From an uncultured bacterium (GTDB taxonomy: Bacteria; Fidelibacterota; Marinisomatia; Marinisomatales; UBA1611), in contig CAZGFQ010000001.1 of assembly GCA_964525185.1 (NCBI GenBank), positions 29,486 through 93,485 on the forward strand: DNA of 64,000 nt, written 5' to 3'. This document shows, one piece after another, positions 1 through 7,163 of the stretch. Position numbers and translations under genes: made by a program. Numbering within the stretch: position 1 is the stretch's first letter; the number at the start of each line of letters is the position of its first letter. The notes under the pieces are model-generated. The model saw nothing but the letters and a program-made list of their open reading frames with translations. It had not been told where the DNA came from and made no database searches.

Positions 1-326
1 TGTCCTGCCTGTATGCCTACTACGTGAGGTGTATAAACACATCCTTTTTGGTCAAGAACAACATGTTTTGATGGTGCCGCTGATGGAGTTGCTCCATCTG
101 AAACATACACAAGGACATTTTTTAAACCACCATTTCCATCAACAAGGAGCCATTCCTTTTTTGGTGGTGTTGTATTGTTGGCAACACAGACTGGGTCAGC
201 AGCAATTTTCAGTGGTTTCATTTTAGGCACTTTTCCTTCAAATGTAATTTTACCTGATACATCGCCACCAAGTAACACAGATACATTCAGTAAAAGGCCC
301 ATACTAATTATTAATGATTTTTTCAA
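1..326 (-). CDS. Secreted protein, N-terminal part only (gene runs off the window start); possibly cupredoxin-like
   Basis: The minus-strand frame is open from the window edge to TTG at 326..324, with GGAGG (332..336) 5 nt upstream. The product starts (M)KKSLIISMGLLLNVSVLLGG (signal-peptide-like) and continues ...VVLDQKGCVYTPHVVGIQAG. It is absent from the ORF track because it is truncated. The cupredoxin idea rests on memory of similar N-termini and is weak. Confidence 0.5.
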   Translation of the reverse strand, partial: MKKSLIISMGLLLNVSVLLGGDVSGKITFEGKVPKMKPLKIAADPVCVANNTTPPKKEWLLVDGNGGLKNVLVYVSDGATPSAAPSKHVVLDQKGCVYTPHVVGIQAG

Positions 327-390
327 AATTCCCTCCAAGATTTGTACAAATTTAGTAGCAGAAGTTAATAAATGATTTGGAAAAAGCGAG

Positions 391-430
391 ATAAAAAAGA
401 GCGGGATTAAAAATCCCCGCTCTTTTATTT
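391..430 (-). terminator. Rho-independent terminator after the 440..1705 gene
   Basis: Stem AAGAGCGGG (397..405) pairs with CCCGCTCTT (416..424) around a 10-nt loop. On the minus strand a T-run follows it (complement of the A-run at 393..398). Confidence 0.6.
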
Positions 431-439
431 TTCGCCAGT

Positions 440-1705
440 TTAGTGAGGTGCACCGGCTCCCAACCAACGACCAATAAGGTCAACAGCTGTAGTCATTTCA
501 CCTTCAACTGGGTCCCAAACGTCTGGACCGTCTCTATTTTCTTCACTTAACAGAAATGGTGCGTTTGGAGGCATTCGGTTGTCACGAAGACGATGCTTAA
601 TCCGACTGCTTCCCCAATCAATATCTGTTGCAGAAGTTAATGCAGTTTTGGTACCATTTAGTACTGGATGTTCTCCACCATCTGCACCATAGATAAACCC
701 ATCATATGAACTTAAATCCATTAAATGATAAGATTCATCAATATTGCCCCAATGGCATTCTACACATGGGGTACTATTGGTAAACCACATATTGTCGTCA
801 GTAAAAAATGGTAAAACATCGCTATTGAATGTTAAACCATCATCTCCAGCATAAGTAAATGGATCATCACCACCTACATTTAGATCGCCACCAGCTTTAA
901 GGTCTTCAACCCATGCTTCAATGAGCCCTAATGCATTAGGTACATTGTCGGGATCATCCCAACTTGTATACTGAATGGGTCTAATGACCGAAACAACACC
1001 ATCGCTGACACTAATATCTGGACCAAGGCGATTACTTTCGTCTCTCAAGAATTCCCATGCAGGTGCTTGAGGCATTCTGTTATTTCTCAAACGAGATCTT
1101 AACATGGCATTGTCCCATTCATAATCAGTATTTCCTGTCACGCTTTCACCAAATAATGGGTGACCACTACCATCTAGATTATCAGGATCTGGATCAGCTC
1201 CATACATCATACCTTCGAATGTACCAAGGTCCATTACATGCTTCGAATGAAGTTCTTCTTCATCATTTGCATAATGGCACCAAGTACATGCATCAGAACC
1301 GGGGAACCAGAAATTATCCGATGTAAACATGGGGTTAATATCTAGTGTATAGTCATATGAAGATCGCGATTCTGCAGTTACACTGATGATGATGCTTGCG
1401 CTTGCTCCTGATTCATCACCAACAACTGCAATAATAGCAGTCCCTTCAGAAATACCTGAAACTGTACCACCAGAAACGGATGCGACATTTTCATCACTAG
1501 ATGCCCAAGTATAACTTCCATCTGTACCATTATTGGTTGTTGCACTTACAGATACGCTACTACCACGAGCCACTGACGCTAATGCCGGGCTTACGGTAAG
1601 ATATACGCCTGCAGCTCCATCTGCTCCAGCCGGACCTTCGCAAGCCCAATTGGTCAGACTGAAAACTGTCAACAAGCTTATAACAGCTATGTTTGTTTTT
1701 TTCAT
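440..1705 (-). CDS. Secreted Big_2 (bacterial Ig-like) protein with two tandem c-type haem modules (CTWCH, CVECH)
   Basis: It has a signal peptide (MKKTNIAVISLLTVFSLTNWA). A Big_2-like stretch reads VSPALASVARGSSVSVSAT...YTWASSDENVASVSGGTVSGISEGTAIIAVV. Two internally repeated modules each carry CXXCH ... R(L)R(N/D)NRMP, and the C-terminus ends WLGAGAPH, like PSCyt1-type domains. A GGAGG sits 6 nt upstream of the ATG. Confidence 0.8.
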   Translation of the reverse strand: MKKTNIAVISLLTVFSLTNWACEGPAGADGAAGVYLTVSPALASVARGSSVSVSATTNNGTDGSYTWASSDENVASVSGGTVSGISEGTAIIAVVGDESGASASIIISVTAESRSSYDYTLDINPMFTSDNFWFPGSDACTWCHYANDEEELHSKHVMDLGTFEGMMYGADPDPDNLDGSGHPLFGESVTGNTDYEWDNAMLRSRLRNNRMPQAPAWEFLRDESNRLGPDISVSDGVVSVIRPIQYTSWDDPDNVPNALGLIEAWVEDLKAGGDLNVGGDDPFTYAGDDGLTFNSDVLPFFTDDNMWFTNSTPCVECHWGNIDESYHLMDLSSYDGFIYGADGGEHPVLNGTKTALTSATDIDWGSSRIKHRLRDNRMPPNAPFLLSEENRDGPDVWDPVEGEMTTAVDLIGRWLGAGAPH

Positions 1706-1777
1706 CTACTCCTCCTTTTTTAGGATCCTATTGTATTACCCTTGTGGATAATTCTTATTTGAAATGGAAACATATTT

Positions 1778-2929
1778 TTAAAAGAAAAACTGTGTTTCAA
1801 AATAAATTTGATCTTCATTGTCTGCATCATAAATATCCAAATTTGGCGCAGTACGGTAACGGTAAAAAATGGATGCTTGAAGATATTGGATAGGAAATAA
1901 TTCTAAACCAAAAGTCCAACGATCTCTTTCCTCAGTTGTCCACTTTGTCATCGGGTCCCAATGATCCCATGAAATTTTTAAATTCACTCCCTGGTAAAGG
2001 CGTGTATCAAGTGATAAATAAGTCATGGATTGGTCACCCACTTCATCATGTTTACCAAAATCACTCACTCCACTTCCATCTATATCTTTTTTCTGAAACA
2101 AATTTTTCTCAAACATCCATGTAAAAATCCCGTGGTTTCCACCAGCCAAAATTCCTGATACATATTCCGTTTGTTCATCGCCTTTATTAAATGAGAAAGA
2201 ACCACCAAATCTGAATCTTCTAAAAACCATAGAGCCTATTGTTGTAATTTGTTTATCAACAGCAGATGCATTTTGTCCATTTCCAACCGCTGTTATTAGA
2301 CTAAATGGACCTGGTTCAATACCAATTTCATATGCTGCTTCTTGTTTTCCATAAGAATTGAATCCTGTTTTCTGACGGATATATGATCCATCACCACCAT
2401 CATCTAATAATCGAAGACCAAAGGGCATCATAACTCTTCCAAATTTGATGTAACTATTTAGGGGCAAATTATAAACCATAGCAAATGCTTCACGATTAGC
2501 AGCTCCTGGAGCAAAATTTTCATCGATGTAAAATAACATGCGATCTGGTACTGCAGAAATTTCGAGATAAACATTTGCTTCAGGCATTGTAATTGAATTG
2601 TTATATCGCGGATCACCATCTTGACCAACTATATTTCGTGTCGAATCAGTTCCAATAATTGTTTTATTGGCTACACGAAAATTTGTCCCAATAGAAAAAT
2701 ATTCATTTATCATATTAGTGAACATGCCACTTTTACTTTTCGATTTAGCTTGAAAAGTTGGAAGGTTAGTTTGAGAATAAACAAAACCAAACCCCGTTCT
2801 TTTTCCGCCACCCGTTTTATTGACATGACATTGAGAGCATTTATACCCGGTTCTAACAGCTATATATGGTTCTGCTGATAAATTAGAAATTCCGATAAGA
2901 ATTATTGCAAGTATGATTAATTTTTTCAT
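1778..2929 (-). CDS. Fused monohaem cytochrome-porin, Cyc2-like architecture
   Basis: A signal peptide is followed by a single CSQCH at residues 31-35 (…YKCSQCHVNKTGGGKRTGFG). The remaining ~330 aa show alternating-hydrophobic beta-strand patterns and the protein ends in aromatic ...YFETQFFF, typical of outer-membrane barrels. The assignment is by architecture only. Confidence 0.55.
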   Translation of the reverse strand: MKKLIILAIILIGISNLSAEPYIAVRTGYKCSQCHVNKTGGGKRTGFGFVYSQTNLPTFQAKSKSKSGMFTNMINEYFSIGTNFRVANKTIIGTDSTRNIVGQDGDPRYNNSITMPEANVYLEISAVPDRMLFYIDENFAPGAANREAFAMVYNLPLNSYIKFGRVMMPFGLRLLDDGGDGSYIRQKTGFNSYGKQEAAYEIGIEPGPFSLITAVGNGQNASAVDKQITTIGSMVFRRFRFGGSFSFNKGDEQTEYVSGILAGGNHGIFTWMFEKNLFQKKDIDGSGVSDFGKHDEVGDQSMTYLSLDTRLYQGVNLKISWDHWDPMTKWTTEERDRWTFGLELFPIQYLQASIFYRYRTAPNLDIYDADNEDQIYFETQFFF

Positions 2930-3721
2930 TTATTCCGGAGCTCCAATTAGTACCCAAGTTTTAATTTGTTCTATTCTTTTGTTAGACAGGAAAGGGGGAC
3001 CATCTCGAGGCATTCTATCACCTTCTATATCTACACCAACCACTTTTTTTACGAGGTAACTCACATTTGGATACCATGGGTTGACTCTCAATAATTCGGG
3101 TACTTCAAATGCGGCATAATCCACTAATTGTTCATACGCCACTTCTTTTGTATTTAATAATAATTCGCCTGCCCCACTAGATGTGAGATGGCATGAACAA
3201 TTTTTATCAATAATATCATCATATACTATATCCCATGCGGATTCATCACTTATATCTAACGTATTGGAGAATGAACCAGTAGAATCAGGGTTTTCTAAAC
3301 TATTCCAAATGAAATCAACTTGTCCAGATGAACCATTTTCTCCATCAAATTCAATCCAAACTACAATTGAATCAGAACCTAATATTTCATCCCCAGAAGA
3401 AATGCCTTCAACCGATTCAATATTTCCTGTTAGAGTGATATCATTAATTGATAATGCTTCTGTCCCTGTATTTTTTAGGACAGTAACAACTTTTAATTCA
3501 TCACTACCTTCTTTAAATGGGATATCACTTAAGGATGTTAATGATATATCTAAGTGGCCAGCTTGGGGAACGAATGGTGTGCCATCAGGTTTAAGTTCAG
3601 AACCATCTCCCGCAAAAGATATTCCCATGGGGTCTCTCCAATCATCACCGCCACAGGAAATACATAATAATGCAATCATGAAAAGAGATATAATATTAAT
3701 TATTCTTAAGTCATTTTTCAT
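2930..3721 (-). CDS. Lipoprotein with C-terminal PSCyt1-like cytochrome domain carrying CSCH (CXCH) instead of CXXCH
   Basis: The signal/lipobox-like N-terminus is LFMIALLCISCGG. The C-terminal ...NCSCHLTSSGAGELLLNT...GDRMPRDGPPFLSNKRIEQIKTWVLIGAPE matches the remembered PSCyt1 pattern (C..CH...L.L...MP...L....I..WI..GA). A 4-nt ATGA overlap links it to the upstream gene, and it directly abuts the downstream gene. Confidence 0.7.
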   Translation of the reverse strand: MKNDLRIINIISLFMIALLCISCGGDDWRDPMGISFAGDGSELKPDGTPFVPQAGHLDISLTSLSDIPFKEGSDELKVVTVLKNTGTEALSINDITLTGNIESVEGISSGDEILGSDSIVVWIEFDGENGSSGQVDFIWNSLENPDSTGSFSNTLDISDESAWDIVYDDIIDKNCSCHLTSSGAGELLLNTKEVAYEQLVDYAAFEVPELLRVNPWYPNVSYLVKKVVGVDIEGDRMPRDGPPFLSNKRIEQIKTWVLIGAPE

Positions 3722-4638
3722 TGTGTTAACTCATAATCTTTTTTAAATAATTTGTAAATCAAGCTTTCCTTTTCACGTTGATCTAAGACATAATAGACAA
3801 GAGCCCATTTTCTCATTTGAAAATAAGTGTACATATCTTCTTCAGATTTATTATAAAGTTCATCCCCAGTAATTGACTTCTTAGCCCATGAGTCAAAAGC
3901 TTTAATATCGTCTTCCGAATACACAGCTTCTAAGTTGCTATAATCTCCAACAATATCTTCTCGAGCAAATCCAAAAATATCATCATCATATCCTGGCATG
4001 GGCGTCCCAGTCAATCCAGTTGAAAAAGTTCGATAAACATCAATTGGATCACTTCCTCCCTTAAAAGGATCGTGAGCAAAATCAGGAGGTACTATTGGAT
4101 TTCCCCAATCATTGACTAACTCATCAGATGTTGGTCCATCAGCATTCCCCTCTGGGCCATGACAGCTGAAACATTCCATGAGACGATATACCATTTGTCC
4201 ATCCTGAACTAATTCATCCGTTTTTTCTGGTACGACTGATGGAAGTTTTACTTCAGGAGCAGGTGTTTGAATAGTGAACTTTTCTGCAAAAGTTTTAATA
4301 TAGGATGTAACGTCAGCAACATCCTGTTCATTTAATATATTCTCCCAAGCGGGCATAGAAGTTCTAGTTACGCCATTTCGAATTGTTTTATGGATATTTT
4401 CATCTGTTGGAAGCGATCCTGATGGTGTCGTTCTAAAAAGGTATTTCCCTTTTGTAAAGTCTCGTGGAAGGGGAGATAGAACTATTGCAGCTGGACCATT
4501 TCCATTACCCGACATGCCATGGCACCCACTACAATTTGATTGGTATATTAATTTACCTTTATTTATATCGGGTAAATTATTTGCATTTCCAATGGTAATG
4601 AATATGGCAAATATTGAAATTATTTTAAATTTTTCCAT
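3718..4638 (-). CDS. Periplasmic dihaem class-I c-type cytochrome
   Basis: It has a signal peptide and two class-I modules: CSGCHGMSGNGNGPAA...TSMPAW and CFSCHGPEGNADGP...GTPMPGY. Confidence 0.85.
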   Translation of the reverse strand: MEKFKIISIFAIFITIGNANNLPDINKGKLIYQSNCSGCHGMSGNGNGPAAIVLSPLPRDFTKGKYLFRTTPSGSLPTDENIHKTIRNGVTRTSMPAWENILNEQDVADVTSYIKTFAEKFTIQTPAPEVKLPSVVPEKTDELVQDGQMVYRLMECFSCHGPEGNADGPTSDELVNDWGNPIVPPDFAHDPFKGGSDPIDVYRTFSTGLTGTPMPGYDDDIFGFAREDIVGDYSNLEAVYSEDDIKAFDSWAKKSITGDELYNKSEEDMYTYFQMRKWALVYYVLDQREKESLIYKLFKKDYELTQ

Positions 4639-5050
4639 TCGATCCTTTCAATGCTAATTCTTTAAAAGAAACATTACTTAGTATTTGATTGATTTCATTT
4701 TCAACTCGGTGCATCACATTTTGAAGTGGCTTACATTGATGTTGCCTACCACAATCTTCAAAATTCGTATCTTGACAATCAATCATATGCATTTCTCCTT
4801 CAAAAACCTCAATGACGGATTTCAACGATATATCACTGGGTGATTTAAGCAACTTATATCCACCATGAGTTCCTCGTATAGATTCCACAATATTATTTTT
4901 TACGAGTTGTTGTAAAATTTTGGAAAGGAACTCTTCTGGGAGATTTAATGCATCAGCAATTTCATGTTTGCTTTTTAAGTATCCTTTTGGATTAGAAGCG
5001 AAAAAACTCACCACTAATATGCCATAGTCACATGCTTTACTAATACCCAT
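4625..5050 (-). CDS. Rrf2-family transcriptional regulator (IscR/NsrR-like, three-Cys cluster motif)
   Basis: MGISKACDYGILVV...HEIADALNLPEEFLSKILQQLVKNNIVESIRGTHGGYKL is a typical Rrf2 wHTH. The CQDTNFEDCGRQHQC motif (C-x7-C-x5-C) suggests Fe-S binding. I prefer the ATG at 5050 over the track start at 5101 because Rrf2 proteins begin at this helix. A 14-nt overlap links it to the downstream cytochrome gene. Confidence 0.85.
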   Translation of the reverse strand: MGISKACDYGILVVSFFASNPKGYLKSKHEIADALNLPEEFLSKILQQLVKNNIVESIRGTHGGYKLLKSPSDISLKSVIEVFEGEMHMIDCQDTNFEDCGRQHQCKPLQNVMHRVENEINQILSNVSFKELALKGSNGKI

Positions 5051-5135
5051 AAATGTTTCTTTATTACTCCTTGATTCGTATAATGGACAAAATGAGTCCA
5101 CTTTCGATAAGAAAATATAGAAACTGAATATTAAA

Positions 5136-5169
5136 GTTAGATTAGAGTTAGATTAGAGAATTCTAATCT
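5136..5169. promoter_or_regulatory. Candidate operator: GTTAGATTAGA x2 tandem plus inverted repeat AGATTAGA-N4-TCTAATCT
   Basis: Two perfect 11-bp direct repeats lie at 5136..5146 and 5147..5157. An inverted repeat spans 5150..5157 / 5162..5169. The core GATTAGAGAATTCTAAT (5151..5167) recurs at 15301..15317 with one mismatch. The site lies upstream of the Rrf2 gene. Confidence 0.4.
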
Positions 5170-5234
5170 TTAGGCTAGCGCAAATGAGAGTTTTTTATAA
5201 ATTATTGAGAGATATCAGGAAAAGTGATTATCAA

Positions 5235-5558
5235 TTAATCAATTTTAATGTTATATAATTCTTCGAAAAGATCTGTTTTCATGATTCGTATTGCATCCCA
5301 AGTCAATTTTGTACATACTCGGGCACATACCTGACATCCAATGCATTCATCAAATCGTACTTGTACAGGTGGTATGGGTGAACCATATTTTTCTATTGGT
5401 ACTGGCTCAATACAATCTACGGGACAAAATGGAACACACGCCTGACAGCCAGTGCAATTATCTTCATCCACAATAGCCATAACTTTGGGGCGTTTTTTCT
5501 TTAGGTTTGGGACATCTGGTAATTCAGGAATCCCCTTAAAATGATTGTAAACTGCCAT
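5235..5558 (-). CDS. 2x[4Fe-4S] ferredoxin
   Basis: It carries CTGCQACVPFCP and CIGCQVCARVC motifs. Confidence 0.85.
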   Translation of the reverse strand: MAVYNHFKGIPELPDVPNLKKKRPKVMAIVDEDNCTGCQACVPFCPVDCIEPVPIEKYGSPIPPVQVRFDECIGCQVCARVCTKLTWDAIRIMKTDLFEELYNIKID

Positions 5559-5630
5559 TAATATTCTCTTCTTAGAACTGGAAATTTACACAGCTATATT
5601 ATTTTTCCTTCTTTTTTTTTGGGGATAATG

Positions 5631-7163
5631 CTAAAAACGATATGTCAACCCAAAATAGCCAAAAGACCTTGTATAATCTGCATCTTTTGAATAATCAATA
5701 CTTGTATACATGTTTAAATATTTACCTATTTTTTTTGAAATACTGATAGAGAATGTATGCTGTGTAAAATCATTCCAATTATTTCCGAACCCAAAAGTAT
5801 ATATTTCATAATCAGCATTAAAAAAACCATTTCTCAAAATGGGCTTGGAAATACCCCATTTATTTTGGAAACCTTTTAACAATTGATTTTGAATCATAAT
5901 ACTATTCCAATCAATCGATAAGCCATTTTGCGTTGGGTTAGTTCTATAATTGAATGAACGTACAGAAGAATATTGATCTGTCCCAGATTCTCTTCTGAAA
6001 TTGGATCCTAATTGAAGGATGCCCCAACGTTTTGTTTGTACTTTGAAGGCGTTATACCATCCATTTTTTAATTCGGACTGAAATAAAGAATCTGGCACTA
6101 AAATTTGAGATTGTTGATAAATAATTTGTTGGCGAGATGTATACCGAGATCGAAAAGTTATTTTTCGGGTTAATTTAATTTTAAGTGAAAATTGTGAAAA
6201 TGTTGATTCAAGTATTTCTCTGTTATAAACAGGATTATTTCTGTAAAAATCGAATGTTTGATACAATTTGACGGATAATTGATTTATGGGAGAATAGGAC
6301 ATTTTTGAATAGATGAATTCACGATCAATATCTGATCCAGCGTATTGCCCAACAAAAGCAATGCTACCTGTAAAATGGTGTTTCGGAAATTTGACTTTTG
6401 AAAAAAGTCCTAATTTTTTTATGTTTGTATTGAATTGGTACGATTCTGGATCTGGTTGAAGTCCACCCAAACCACCAATAATAATATTTTTCATGAGCGG
6501 GGATGTTGCTAATAAACCATCTGTGGCACCAATGCCTGAAAGTTCTGATGCAAAAACTCTCCCCAATTGAAAGAATGGTCCTTTATTTTTTATACCAAAA
6601 CTTGCTCGAGCTTGGTAAAGGGTAAATTGTTGATTTTGTAAATTGCTTCTTCCATAAATACCTATTTTAAAATGTTTTAGAGCTGGAGCACTTAATCCAT
6701 ATTGCAATGTTCCAATTCCTGATTGTTCTGAGACTCCGTCGGGAAGCGATTGAATTGTGGACCGAATGGATAAATGCCCCGATTGATTCAATTTCAGTTT
6801 TTCTTTCTCAGGTTTTTGAGGTTGATTAGTGGCAGGAGCAATTGGACTATCTGGAATAATTACATTGGTTTTTTCAAATTGAACTCGATCACCTATTTGA
6901 ATGGATTCTATAGGAACAAGGGGGGAAGAGACGGATGAATTTTTAGCTGAATGGGTGATGACCAAATCGCCTATAATTTCTGATCGGCGGAAAAGTTGAA
7001 GTGTATCCCCTACAGAAACCCCCTGTGAAGTTCCAATATCACAATACACTTGGTCTGCTGTCAAGTAAGTGACTTTTCCCTGCCCCGTAATGATTTCCAT
7101 ATTCTGTCCAAAACCAATCGCTAACAGACATATAAAAAGATTCTTTTTTAAAATATTAATCAT
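5631..7163 (-). CDS. Outer-membrane beta-barrel protein (putative porin partner of the multihaem cytochromes)
   Basis: The preferred start is the ATG at 7163 (MINILKKNLFICLLAIGFGQ is signal-peptide-like), giving an 8-nt overlap with the upstream gene. The track start at 7277 would overlap it by 120 nt. The body has long alternating-hydrophobic segments and the terminus is ...YFGLTYRF. No family was recognised. Confidence 0.6.
   Translation of the reverse strand: MINILKKNLFICLLAIGFGQNMEIITGQGKVTYLTADQVYCDIGTSQGVSVGDTLQLFRRSEIIGDLVITHSAKNSSVSSPLVPIESIQIGDRVQFEKTNVIIPDSPIAPATNQPQKPEKEKLKLNQSGHLSIRSTIQSLPDGVSEQSGIGTLQYGLSAPALKHFKIGIYGRSNLQNQQFTLYQARASFGIKNKGPFFQLGRVFASELSGIGATDGLLATSPLMKNIIIGGLGGLQPDPESYQFNTNIKKLGLFSKVKFPKHHFTGSIAFVGQYAGSDIDREFIYSKMSYSPINQLSVKLYQTFDFYRNNPVYNREILESTFSQFSLKIKLTRKITFRSRYTSRQQIIYQQSQILVPDSLFQSELKNGWYNAFKVQTKRWGILQLGSNFRRESGTDQYSSVRSFNYRTNPTQNGLSIDWNSIMIQNQLLKGFQNKWGISKPILRNGFFNADYEIYTFGFGNNWNDFTQHTFSISISKKIGKYLNMYTSIDYSKDADYTRSFGYFGLTYRF

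Noticed and set aside
29-375. Plus-strand ORFs 29..226 and 175..375 from the ORF track
   Set aside because: They are antisense shadows of a minus-strand gene with a GGAGG-TTG start and a signal peptide, open to the window edge. Their products are low-complexity with no motifs.
3183-3746. 187-aa plus-strand ORF
   Set aside because: It is entirely antisense to the 2930..3721 lipoprotein/PSCyt1-like gene, which has a signal peptide, a recognisable domain and ATGA coupling. The product is Ser/Pro-rich and has no start context.
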